DNA from: Lepidodermella squamata
Lineage: Eukaryota > Animalia > Gastrotricha
Assembly: GCA_047495785.1 (NCBI GenBank)
Contig: JBLDXI010000024.1
Span: 2,232,001 to 2,296,000, forward strand
Reading direction: 5' to 3'
DNA: 64,000 bases
Below the pieces are notes generated by a model. That model was not told where the DNA came from and did no database searches. It worked only from the letters and a program-made list of their open reading frames with translations. The stretch's first letter is position 1. The number at the start of each line of letters is the position of its first letter. The position numbers were made by a program, and so were the translations under genes. Shown one piece after another: positions 44,764-58,500 of this stretch.

Positions 44764-47700
44764 CTAGATTTGCTTTCCAACGTAGCCTCTGATCCAGCCT
44801 AACACCTGGCAAACATCACCATAGAGACCAGGATATCTAGGCTCGGCACACCCGTTTCCAAATGAGGTCACACCTTGCAGAACGAAGTAACCATTCTTGC
44901 AGCAGGCAAGAGGTCCCCCAGAGTCGCCTTGACACGTATCAATCCCGCCCACGCCGTCATTGCCAGCACAGAAAGCCGTCATGTTAGCCACAGTGCCTTT
45001 TTCGTATTTATTTCGCCGTTCACACACTGTATTTTCAACGATTGGTACGACTGCGCTGAGTTGTCGGGCTGGCAGTTTCCCTTCAGCGCTTGTAGCACCA
45101 TAGCCTGATATCAGCACCAGTTCGCCAGGCGAGCAGGTATCAGAACAGGTGTATGGTAGGCAGATAGGCCGAATGTCCCAGCTATCAAGAGGTATTGGCT
45201 CTTCCAATTCAAGTAGGCAGAAATCGTTAGAGGGATCACCATTAGCACTTTCACTATGAATGAATACAAATTAAGTGAAGCTACAACTTTACAATTATAG
45301 GAATTCAACAGACCGTGAATTTAAATTAAATTAAATGTAATCAAAACAACTTACTTGTATTGAGGATGGAGAATGTTTCGTGCAGTTTTTCGCACGGTTC
45401 TATATGAAGCAATAGTTGCATTGAGACTGTCATGTACGCCGTCATTGCCACCAACCAAGACTAACGTAGAGCTAGAAAAAAATTCATTCTTATCGTTAGA
45501 AATGCATAACTGAACTACATAGACTCCAGATGCTAGATCCGGGATGATTGGCCAATTAAAACTTTTTAAATTTTTCGAGGTGTCTCATGACAGGCAGGTG
45601 CCTGCGATTCCCCCCAAATCCTCTTGGCCTTTTCAGCTGAAATTGCTACATTCCTATATGCTAAAGGAACATTTTTGCCATGGGAAAATTTAATTTCTAT
45701 AATCTATAACGTTCTATGAACATTTTCAAGGTGAAACTTTCACCTCAATTTTCAAGATATTTTCACATGGGTAGTATGGGTATGCCTCCTTAACACCCCA
45801 AGAACGGAAAAGGAGTAGGAATAGAAAGAATTTTCCTACAGAAGCCCCTTTCTCCATAGAGTTGGAGTATTCCCTTATTTCTTATTGTTCTATGACTTGA
45901 GAGGAAGACTTAAGAGCATACAATTTTTCCATATTACCTATCGCACTTCTCTCAAATTTCATTGCTACACATAAATAATGAACATACTTGATTGGATGTG
46001 ACGAGGAGCAGCAGTGGCCACTAAATAATATAAAACACCTCAAATATTGCGCGTGCAAAACGGTATAAAAGTTTACGCTGTTAAAACCCATCGATCACTG
46101 AGAACAGAGCCACCACAAATGCCATAACTATTCACCTTAATTAATAGTATCAAAGCCTGCAATTTGAGAAAAAATACCACTATTGATGGAATCTGAAGCC
46201 ATTGTTACAAATACCTACCTGCCACGGGAATTCATTTTCAGCCGACTCTGTACCACCCACAATTTGTAGAGAAGGCAGCAGATCTTCTTCGACGTTCCAA
46301 TATTTGTTGTGCCCGCATGAGCTGTACGGACTTTCTTGTGGAGTTGTTTCATTGTAACGCGGGCGCGGTGTTATCGGCGACGGAATGAGGCCCGCATTCT
46401 GAAGTGCTACAGGTCCGGCGTAGTGAGCATCGATCTCGCTTCGGGTCATTTCGAAATCACATATTAGAACCTCGTCAATGTGGCCAGTGAAGTTGGTGGA
46501 GCCGATAACGTAAGGACAAGTCGAGACGAAGATGGAGCTATTCGAAGGGTAGTCTTCTATTGCGTGCTGTATTTGAAAGACAATCAAAACATGACAGCTA
46601 GAGGCGGATATTTAAAATACTTACGTCATTTTGATAGATTGTGGTGGTTCCATTCCCGACGACCACGCAGATTTGGGTGAAATTCTCAGCTGTAGAAGTA
46701 GCATCTTTAACACGCGATGCGTAATTGATTTGCAAAATCGGTTGATATAAGGTGGATTGCACTTGAAACGACGACCTCCCGTTTGGCTTTGACGAGTGAG
46801 AGATTAATAGAGATGAGTACGAAAACCCATCCAGGCAATCGACGTTGGATACCAAACGGGCTGAATTCTTACCATTGGGCCTAAAAAAAAAGAGTCGGGA
46901 TAATTGATATTGGTTTAAAAACTGTCAAATTACTTGTAAAACAGGCAAATAGAATATTCCTGCCCGTAACTGAAAACTTTAGGAACTTTGACGTAGCCGC
47001 CATTCACGAGAAGTGAGCCACTTCCACGAGCTGAAGTCGAGTTGTCCACAGAGATATCACCATGACCGTTCGTTTTTGCTGGAGTTATTGAATGGTCGCT
47101 GATGTCACTGTCGAACGGCAGGTACATTCGACATTGTCTGGTCGCAACAGGTGACTAGAATTATGAGAAATTTAGAACGATCAGCGCGTGGCTGTCAACT
47201 CAGACCTTGTAAGTAGCCAGAAATCTAGAGCATTCGGCAAAATTCGTCGCAAAGTCATTGCTGTCGGAGAATGGCTTCACCTATAGAAATGAGAGATCAT
47301 GAGGGCCGACTGAATTTTAAGTATAAGGACTCACCAAAGTCATCGAGGCGAAGCAGTAACCTTGGCACACATATCCTGCTACTGACTTGCACAACGCTGC
47401 GGGCTGAACGAAGGCAATAGAACCACAGATTCTGAAAATGCAAGAAACTTACGCCAGTCGAACAATGCTTTATATCAACGTAGACGCCTGGGCTGGATGC
47501 CTTGAAACGTGAGACAGAAATGTAAGAATAATTTGATATACTCTAAATGACTAACCGATGTTTCATTGTTCCAGCATTGGGTTTCGTTGATACGGCAGCC
47601 GGCAAAAGAGCGATCGAACATGGAGAAGCATCGCACATGTGGCTGAAAGCCAGAAGTGTCAACTAAAAAATAACGGATTCAATGCTAGAAAACCATTTCA

Positions 47701-48488
47701 GACGCAAACATTACTTCCTCTTTCTGTCAAGCATTGTCTCAAGGTTGGCTTCGGCGTTTCAGATGTCTGTTAACGAAGAGCCATGAAGAAGACTTTTTAG
47801 GAAAACAATTAGCTTACCGTTCCACTTGGACACTCGATTGCTGTGGGATAACATACGAACTTTCTTGGACCAGTCTTGCACAGGGTGGCCGGTTGGTCCT
47901 TCAATCAACAAGATTCAATCAACAAATTGGTGATTATAATGCTGAAATCAAACCATGTATCCAGCCGTTGCCGTCCGACATGCCTCATATCGCGATTTGA
48001 ATTGCCTCCCAGTAAATTGTTGGTGCTTTAATGAAATTAATCGATTACATTGCTTATCTTTAAGGGAGAAAGACAATCACTCACCGGCAATTCATCAACC
48101 GAGCACTCAGCATTGTTGGCAATGCATCGTATCGTAAACTGCTTGAAGTTGTAGCAGCTCTTCGCCCACTAGAAGCAAGAAAATGAACAATCACGCGCAG
48201 AAAGAGGGAGAAATTCTTACGCCTGCCGACGCGCAAGATGACAACGTTTGTCGCGGTATTCCCAACTGAATTAAAAATACACCAGATGAAAATGTGAGAG
48301 AATATAATATGTCACAAAGCCACCTGAGTTTCAGTGAAGAATAAACAATCCGGCCTACAAGCCACATACCGATCATCCAATCTTGAAATGCATCGTTCGT
48401 AAGTACCATTCACTGGAACATTCGCACAACATGAACGTTCAATGGTAGAAATTAGCAAAACGGTAATCAACTTCAAAATGAAAGTCAT
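44764..48488 (-). CDS. Multi-exon secreted protease PC (paralog, closest to PB)
   Basis: ATG at 48488 (MTFILKLITVLLISTIE). His micro-exon 45988-46020; DTCQGDSGGP. One intron is expanded to ~0.5 kb (about 45476-45987). Confidence 0.85.
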
Positions 48489-48603
48489 TTTCTGAACTTT
48501 TGGGCGTTCGAATTGAATTCAAAAGTGAGTCTGGAATCAATAAGTGATGATAGCGGTGCTATAAATCTATCTCAGGTCGCACGATTAATGGCCTCGGGAT
48601 GGC

Positions 48604-48702
48604 ACTAATTGGCGCAGGTCACGTGTTCGGACAATAAATCACGTAATTAAACAGATAAATTGTCATTTTCGCTGCCTTTGGACAATATTTCTAACCTGAA
48701 AA
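48604..48702 (-). promoter_or_regulatory. Conserved upstream block of protease PC
   Basis: Near-identical to 39761-39870. Confidence 0.55.
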
Positions 48703-48800
48703 CTTTTCGAGGCTCCAATTGTTTACCGGGACAATAATAGAAATATTATATTTTCAATCACAATTTTATTTCATTCATTTAGAAAGACTTTTAGCTAAAC

Positions 48801-50206
48801 TTAATCATGAAAAAGCTGTTTGATGTCATTTAGGCATAGCTTGTTGCCAGGATCGCATAGCATGAGCAGAAGGTCCTGGTTCCAGCTTCTATGAGGGCAA
48901 TCGTTGTTCCTTTTCAGCCTTGCCAAATGAGCTTCAAAAGCCCACCTTTTGTTATAGGCTAAATCGTAGCCTTCAAACGTCCATTCATATCGATTCATTT
49001 GCGACCATCGCCGGGGCGATAAAGACCTACACAGCCAGGGTAGTTTCTCTTTATCTGTCAGCGAGTAACAGAAACCTGTTCTCATTGCTTGCAAGAAGCC
49101 TTGAAATTCGGTTCTGAAGTGTTCATAAGTCCAATGGATCGATAAATGTGGAGAACGAGATCGGAATAACTCCAGCGATATGCCAGCTTTAGCTTCATTT
49201 TCGGCCTGGCCAGGTGCTAAATCAGTCGTAAAATTCTGAGCTCGGCGTGTTAATTGCCAGCTGTAATCAGAATTTCGGTAGTACCATAAATAGGCGCAAA
49301 AAATGTGAAATTGCGAGTATCTCAATTTTTCCCGAGTGACTTCGAAAAATGCCTCGTCGAAGGTAGTTGCGTTCATTTGACGTCGAATATGTTCCCGAAT
49401 ATCCGGCAAGTCGCGAATTCGAATAATCACAGGGAAGTAAGACATGCAGCCAAAAGGTTCTGAAAATTTAAATAATTAATTAAATTAAAAAGTGGATTAA
49501 TTATACCTTTTCGTCCGATTAATCTCTCTGTAATTCCCGGAACATCCCACCACCAGACAAAGTCATAAGGAGGCCCGAAAATGCCTCGAACAATCGGTCT
49601 TCCTTTGTCGTCAAACAAATCTGGAGCCGTAATTCGTGTTACAAAAACAGTGTCCGAATCAACGAACCCAACAAAGTCCGATTTCGTGAAATTATCCGCC
49701 CAAAATTGCAGCCATTGTTGAAAATCCCAGCCTTTTCGATAGAATGTACCGTTTTCACGAGGTTTTTCAGGTCTGATAACCACGGGCTTGGGAAGATTTA
49801 TCAGCCATTTTGTTGAATTTTTTAATGTGGAATAAATTTTCGCCGTAAATTGGTCGGTGGTATTTTTTGGTTCCGCATCACTGAGTATGAGCAAACGGGT
49901 TTTCATTGGACCATTCCTTGGCCAGAATAACCCAAAGCTCGGCAGGAAATTATTTGCGAAAAATCCGAATTCTTCATCGTTGGGTGCGATTGGTAGAAAA
50001 AGATCTAAACTGCTGTTGCCAGGCCAGAAACTGTCGATATTTGAGCAGGAAAATTGCCTCTCGGTTAGGGAACTATTATTGCTGGAATTATTTCGATGAG
50101 CTAATACAATTTTTGTTGTACGCGGAATTCGTGAAAATTTCACAAACAGTATTACGAGTATTAAAATTGCCAGTGGGAAAAATCTGCGTAAATTTAGCCT
50201 TGCCAT
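48801..50206 (-). CDS. Type II membrane DxD glycosyltransferase-like protein, 2 exons (50206-49507, 49459-48801)
   Basis: QQWLQFWADNF...VGFVDSDTVF. A 47-bp GT-AG intron joins RK-EPFGCMSYFP. Paralog of 22464-23651. Confidence 0.75.
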
Positions 50207-52562
50207 AAAAAATAATGTGAGGCATTTTATTTACGAGATAGGAATGCATACACCTTTCATTCAAATCCATTCAAGGTAGGCAGAGCATTCAGCCATTCAT
50301 AAAAATAGTTCATTTCATTTTGTATTTTCACTCAATTTATTTCTAGTGAGCGATTGTCCTGTATAATGCAGTTCAAAAAAAGCGATAAAATATACCTAAT
50401 GACCTTTTGGTAAAGATCAATCGAATGGGTCAATACGTGCCGCAACGAATGCGTTTCGAACTCAGCGCATCTGCGTTTCAGAAATAGAAAATGACGATGT
50501 TCGAGCAATAAACTACCTTGTTTACGGCTGTCTAATTACAGCTATTTTCGGATAACCGATTTGCGGCTGTTTCTTCTCATCGGGCATGCCGGGAAAAAAA
50601 TGCCGGCATTTTTTGCATAATATTTACCTTTTTTACATTGCAGAAACATCGTTACATGAAAAAAGCCGGTTTATGTAGTATTGAATGGGCTATTTTTATC
50701 CCGGAAATGGCTCTCAACAAGGGTCAAGCAGGGTCGAAGCGATTTTCGAAGGGAAATCAAGTAGAAAATTAAAATATATTTTCAGAAATTTTTTATTCTT
50801 TTTTTCATAAGGCTGAGAGCCTTTAGTTTATCGCAATAGAGTGACCGCAAGTTTTTATTTTAACCAATTTCCCGTATTAATTATATCCGAATTTTTTTTC
50901 TCGTTAATTTTAATCTATCGATAATGTCTTTGAAAAGCTGAAGTAAAGGTCTTTTATTTGCCGATGCGTTAATTATTTTTTGTAAAATTTTTAAAGAGAT
51001 GTTTTGACCTTTCAAGGTCGCTGCTGTCTGGTCTGCATCTGCCATCGCCAGCGTTTAAAATACAGGCGGCATTCTTTCTTTGATGATATGTTGATGATAC
51101 GAGTTTTTCGGCATCCAATCACTTATGATAATGTTGTGCGCGTTTTTTCACCGATCCCCGGAAGCGACCCTCAACCGCAGAGGCGGCGAGAGACTTTCGG
51201 CTTATTTTGCCTCAGATATTCAACAAAACACGGAGAGCGAAAAAGGTAGCGAAGCGGAACCCGCCGCCGGCTAAAAATTATCAGCCGCGCGCCATGTGTT
51301 CAAGGCGGAAAAAAGCGCGCTCACGTTTTTTTGACCAATATTATCCGCGCGCAGTTTATATATATAGTCCTCCTTAATAATAATAGTATTTTTCTTACCT
51401 TTCGGCAGCGCGCGCGTTATTAAAAACGTGAAAATAATAAAGCGGCTACAGCTTGCGGGCCCCTAGCAGCTTTTTGCTTGTAAACATTGGCGTGGTGGTA
51501 AGAAGGAGCGGCCGGTTCTAACAATAATCTACCGACCGACTCGTCGTTATTATAACCGGCAAATTTAGCCGGGGAGTAGCACAGCACAATACTAATAAAC
51601 GCGCCACGCCGTTAGACGCCCAAGGCGCGCTCCAAGACACGCCCGGCCGGCCGAGTAGCAGGGGTGAGAGAAAATCACACCGCGGCGCTGAAAGGTTAAC
51701 CAGCCACCGGCTTACTTACGCGCCTACTGGGTAGCTTGTGATGTGCCAATAATTAATCTGCAAACGAGCTACAACACAAGCGGCCTCCCGATTTATTATA
51801 GCGCGCGATTTGACCCACTGCGCGAGAGGAGGCCTAAATTGCAGGCCACACACACGCACAAACAAGTGTGTGTTATCAGGCCTTTTTATTGCAGCGAGAT
51901 ATCGATATTTATTATTATCATGTCTTTAGCAACAAACTTTTAGCTAAGCCACAGCCAGGCGCATTTAGGCCCACCAAAAATAACAACAAACAAAACAAGA
52001 AACGGTGCTGTGTTTTGCCCAGCGAGTGTTCGCTACATTAGTAACATCGTATTATTTAGCATGCCAGCAACACCACGACTGCAGCAGGTCCCTTAGCGCC
52101 TTCTACTTGCATACATTGAGCAGCGAAAACTGCGCGCACAGCAATTTATCGCGCGCGCGGCGACCGATTCTTATTGAATTAAACGCGATCGCCTCGCCTC
52201 GACAGCTTGGGTCAAGCCTGGCTGTAGTAGCAGTAGTACTAATCGGATAATTTTGCTACGCATCGACGCAACCGCAAACCAGCCGACTGGCGGACACTTG
52301 TATAAATTATTTTTGTATCGCTTACTCCACATCAACTAAGTATACTGGTTTTCGCCGCATTTTCTAACAACAACTAAAAAAAACGTTTTCATTAAGGTGG
52401 ACTTTTTAATTATTTTTAGATGCTGTCAGCATTTTTAACAACTGCCAATATCGAAAGTGACACAGAGATTGATCGCAAGCTGATCGACGAATTGCCTTGA
52501 TATTTATCGAATCAATTTTTCGTCGCTGGAAACAACTTTTACATTATTAACACAACCAAGTG

Positions 52563-55500
52563 ATGGTTCTTCATTATTTATCGTCGTTATTATTCATCAT
52601 TGGCGTTACGTCGATTTACGTTCTCGCGGCTACCGGTAACAACTCGCCGATTTTGAAAGATCAAGCCGAGGAGTTTGAACGTTACCGGGCGCAAATTTCT
52701 CGGCAAAAACCTCGCGTCTCATCAGGTACGTTGGTATTTCCTTAACCTCGTTACTAGGGACGCTTTTTTAAGTGCGCGGTTGCTATGGACTCGGAACTGC
52801 TTAAATCACTTGTTGTTATATCGTAATCGATGTTAATCAAGTGTAGCTTTTTCAGTGCGGTCAGTGGAAAAATCGCTGCCTGTTATTGCGTTTCGTTACG
52901 CTCCGCCGCTCGCCGGTAGCCGCTACCAAGTTTTGTTGTAATAAGCGATAAATTATCGCTGTTTGTTTTTGGCGCATGCTTTTAACTTGTAACGGCTACT
53001 GCTAGTTGGTATTATCACTGGCAATCATTTAGAACGGCCTGTGTTTACCTTTTTATGTGCGATAGAAGCCAAGATTTTTGTTGTTATTTTTAACCGCGCG
53101 TTGTGCTTTTGTTTTCTCGGTCGCTACTGCGCCCCACCCCCGGTTTTATTGTAAGTAATCGCAACAACGCGCGCATTTTTACTTATCTCACCGGGCAATG
53201 AAATTAGTTTTCGCGGAAATAGCCGCGATATACTAAATAAGCGCGTCTCTGGTTTGCGTTAGCAGGCGCGGTTATTGCGAGTAAAAAATAATAATAGCTC
53301 CATTCATCTGCCTTAAAACCGCGCCCGCGCACTTGAGATTATTCAGTGCGCAATAATTATGAACAGCCAAGTCGCGAAATATTGCACGCAAAATTCAGTA
53401 CTAGACCAATCAGTGCATTGATTGAACAGAAAAATCGAAAAAAAATTAGAAATTAAATGGGATTAAAATGGAAAAAAATTGTTTTATTTTTCAGAAACCG
53501 GCGAAATGGAAATAGTTTACCCTAAAAAATTAGCTCAATCATCGTCGAGTGATCATTTATCTGCTTCTCTGTCGATGCGTGTCGGCGGCGGTGTGCGCCT
53601 TCACCGTTCTCAGCGCGATGCGGCGCCGAGCGACCCGAATGTCGCCGCCGGCGGCAATCACGAGGAAACGGGCGCGCACTGGCTCGGCATCCAGGTCTAC
53701 CGAATTCGCGCGTTCAATCGCGATTTTTTGCTAACAGTCAACCCGCGCGAGACGTTTCTCGCGCCCAACTTCGTCGTGCAGCACCTGCGCGATAACGACA
53801 CGTGGGTGAGTACGGCGCATCAGACGCCGCTGTCGGTTAGTGAAACGAGCGCCGAGCAAGTCGGGAATATGTCTTCGAGTGAAGAATCGGCGAGTGGCGC
53901 TGGATCGAACGGGGCGAATAAGTTGAACCCGAATTGGCAGCGGTGTTTTTACAGCGGAATCGTCAATTACGAACGCGATTCTAACGTCGCTCTCAGCTTA
54001 TGTCGAGGAATGGTAACTTCAATTTATATTTTACATTTTCCATGGATTTTTTTGGGGTATTTCAGTTAAAAGAGACCATTTCGCCTACTGCTGAGTAAAA
54101 AAAGAAGAAATAATGAGAAAATGCGATGAGAAGTAATTCTCAGTTTACAGCGCTCTTATGGCTTCCGTCTTGGTCTTTTTCTTTTATAAAATTATTAAAA
54201 AAAAAACATTTTTCCGGGATTCCGTGAAATTTGAGAATTTTCTGCCAGAAATGTCCTGGTTGTTTTCCATTTAAGGGCTTCAAATTTTGTTTTACTATAA
54301 TAATTTTTTCTCGAGTAATTTAGGTTTCTTTTGATTAATTTTGAAATTCTATTATAAATCCACCTTAAAATTAAAGTCGGTAAATTTTCATTTCTTTTTT
54401 CGCTGTAGTTTGGAATTTTCCGGTTCAAAGACAACAATTATTTCATCGAGCCGTATTCGCCGCAAAAGATTCCGGGAGCTTCGAATTCAACCTCAATCCA
54501 CGACAGACCGCATTTAATTTACAAATTCAAGACAGCGGCTGCTACACCCCAGCCAGGCCCCGCTTTACTTCAAATTCAGCCTGGTAAGCCATTTCATCGC
54601 CTCATTTATTTTTCTAGATTATAACTTGGGGTTATTAAGGCCACTTTTGGTTGAGTGGCTCATCGGCACTCGTGTTAATAAGGTAACTGGGTTTACTTCG
54701 TGGCCGATCGTATTTAGATTTTTTATTACGCAAAAACGACGATGACGCTGAGCGAACAGCCGGCCACGCTTGCGCGCAAAAGGGCACGCTCTGGATTATA
54801 CTGCCCGGCGTTTTTTTGCGCGGCAAAAAACGCGCAGTTATAATAATAATAAGCGTTAACTTGCGAAAATATTTGTTTAATAGCCGCGACCAATCGCTTC
54901 GAACTACACACACACCGCCCAGGGTTTGCTCGATAGACCTATAGGTATAGCTGTTTCACGTGAACTGGATTTGTTTACGTTATGGCCGGTTTTATATAAT
55001 ATCCTATCTATATTGATGATGATCGGGGTTGGGAACCAGGTGGGTTGCTCGTTTCAGTGAATCCTGGCTTGGGCTTTCTTGACGTATGCCTTTCTCCACT
55101 TCGGGCACTCGTCCTTATCCAGGCCTCTTGAGTCAAAGTCCAGGTTTATTGGGGCGAATTCTCAGTTATTTATCGTCCAAAGAGGAAAATTACCGAATTG
55201 ATGGAAATCTGAATATCAAGATGTAAAAAATAGGAATTTCGAAAATTTTACCGCAGATTTGCCCTAAAATTCAACCGTGATGGGTAAGTAACACCAAGCT
55301 CCTAGTATAGGAGAGTTTATATGCCATGAAAATAAATATCAGCGAAATGGGAACTTTCACGTCCCATTCGCACGTCTTCAAGAGCGCGGTTCTATATACA
55401 GAGTGCCCCATAGGTAATTCAAACGAAGAAAATAAAAGGATATTGAAAGTGATAAGAAGGTCTGAAATGAGAGGCGAAATAACATCTCATGGTCAGAAAC

Positions 55501-58500
55501 AAATCCAAACGCCATGAGAAACTTAATAATTAAGGAGGACGATTTTCAATAGTAATAAAAATCCGAAGAAATATGAAACACCCTCGTAAATTACCGAAAA
55601 TTACCGAACCAGTTACTATCGGGGTTTTCCGGGTATTCTCAAGTAAATTTTGAATTTCTTCGGTGAAATCACGCGTGATAAGTAGGAAATTGAAAAGTCA
55701 TGAATAAAACTCGAAACCTCCGGTGGTAACAAAGTGTTCGGTAATTTTCGGTATTTTATGGATGTGCCACGTGCGCACCCTAAATTTAGGGTTCCAACAC
55801 TAAAATCGAGACTCCAGCACTAGATTTCCCTTGAATATGCTTTTTTAGAGTTTCATGTCTTTTCTGGAATCTCAATTTTTGTTATCATGATCAATCTATG
55901 GATCTTCATATTACGCGTATTATTCGCTATGAGCTATGAGTTTATGAGTTTTATTTCAGCCTGTTGAGCTGAAATCGATTCCAAGTATCGATTTTACAAA
56001 TAACTGCTTTTTCCGATATCAGCCGTCGTGGAACCCAAAAACGTTAATTTTTCTACGTAGCTTAGGGCGCCAGGTAGCTAAAACAAACAATCCTAGGTTC
56101 AGGGAGGGCATCAGTATCGATCAAAAAAGGAAACGCCGAAATCTTTAAGAATATGAGAAATTTAGTGCCAGGACGCTTAAATTTAATGTTGGACCCACGT
56201 TTTTAGTTGTGGAAATATTTAGACCCAACATCTAAATATTTCCACAAATTAATATTCAATTGACCAACACTCGGTAAATTACCTAAAACCCTTTACAATC
56301 GGGTATTTCCGGGTTCTCTCTGGTAAATTTGATATTTCTTCGGTGAAATCGCGCGTAAAGAGTGGGAAATTAAATTCACGAAAAAACCCGAAAAAATTCG
56401 ACGGTAATAAAGGGTTCGGTAATTTTCGGTATTTTTGTATTATTTTTGCCGTAATTCGGAGGGAAAATGGCTAATTTACATGTCTTTTTCGCGAGCAGCT
56501 GATTATTTTTATTTTCTCTTTTTTCTATAGAAAATGAAACCGTCAGTTCATTGGACTGGCCAAACGTCAGATATTCACGCGACTCGGCTAAATTCGAAGT
56601 CGGCGCCTTGCCGTCAGATTACTACACAAAACCGCACTCAAACACCTCCAGCCGGCAACACCACCACCACTCACGCCGCCGGCGACCCCGCGACATGACC
56701 CCGGTCGGCAACGACCACAAACGCGTTCAACGATCCGCCTCAAAAAATCATTACGTCGAACTGATGGTGGCGGCTGATCATCGAATGCGGGCCTATCACG
56801 GCAGCGATTCCGCCTTAGAAGCCTACATCCTAACCCTAATGGCTGTTGTCGCGAGTGTCTACCGCGATCCATCGATCGGAAACCCTATCCACGTGTTGCT
56901 GATGAAGGTTATAATAGTTCATAACGAAAAGGACGGCCCGGTTATGTCGCAGCGAGCCCCGGAGATGCTGCAGTCGTTCTGCCAGTGGCAGCACCGCTAC
57001 AACGACCCGGACCCGCTGAGTCCTAACCACTACGACGCCGCTATTCTACTGACCCGCCACGACATTTGCCGGCGTTCGGAGAAGTGCGACACGCTAGGCC
57101 TGGCTGAGATGGGTACGATTTGCGACCGCGAGAAGTCGTGTGCTGTTGTTGAGGATAACGGCCTGTCGGCGGCGTTTACGATTATTCACGAACTTGGGCA
57201 TTTGTTCAATTTGCCGCACGATTCTGACGTTAGGTGTCGCCAGTTTCCCGACCAGGCGAATGGGATTTACCATGTCATGGCGCCGACGTTGGATTTCAAC
57301 ACGAATCCGTGGTCGTGGTCCCAGTGCAGCCGGAAATACGCCACTGAATTCTTAGAGTGAGTTGAAAAATCAAACTAAAGTTGTAAACTAGAAGACCACT
57401 TCTGTTTCTTCATTTTGCATTTTTTTCCATTCGAAGGCTAGATCATTCAATCTAGGTCTACTCTTACCCATTAGTTACACAAAAAATTGAAATGAATCAG
57501 AGCACATTTCATCCAACTTGGGGACCCCATGAAATTGAATGTGTGGTTTGTTTCGAATAAATTTTCGGGCCCAACTTGTTTAGCAGAAATTTTGAATTAA
57601 TTTGGAGAAAGTGTCTGCTTCCGAATTTCCGAGAATTTGTTATCACCAAAATTTAAATTTATTCAGAATTAAATGCTGAGATTTCTCTGTATCAGACCCA
57701 ATTTCAATTTTATATTCTAATTTTAATCACGTGGCTTGATTGGAAATTTTTTTCAAGGCTCTTGGGAAGAATTAGTGAATGCTAGAGATGATTTTTTAAT
57801 TTATAATCCACTCTACGTGAAATTCTCATTCTAATTTTGAATATTTTGAGATCATTAGAAATTCGAAAGTTGTAGCAGAAAAATGATTTTGATATGAACG
57901 GGTTCCAACTTGAAATATCCAACTGGCAACGTTGACTAATTTTTCGGAATTTTCTTCAAGATCGAAACCTTTGACATTTCGGGTTACCAAAATGGATTTG
58001 CCGAATGATAACCAGCGCTAAATTAGAGAAGCTAGTCCCTGATCTCTTCAAAATATGATTTTCCTAGTTTTCCGAGTCTTCCTTAGAACCTCATTTTTAG
58101 TTATAGTTTTTCGTTATACAGTTATACAGCTGCACGTTATAGTTAAGGCTGCAGAGCCGATATCGATTCCAAGTATGGATGTTACAAATCAGGGATTTTT
58201 CCGATATCAGCAAAACCTAGGAAGCGTTGAAAATTACTTGGCCTTTTTTTAGGGTACCAGGAGGTGAAAAATCGAAAAATCTCTGCTCATATTTTGGTTA
58301 GTATCGATCAAGAAAAAGCTAATAAGTATTGCAAATTCTGGACAATTTAGTGCTTGAACCCACATTTTAGTGATAGACACATTCAGAATTCAGACAGTTC
58401 GAAATCTCAGGAATAAAAAAAATTTCGATTGCGAAATTTCAAAAATGTCCGAAGAACTCAGTCAGCTTTCAAATGTGATACATAGATACTGTTTCCATTG

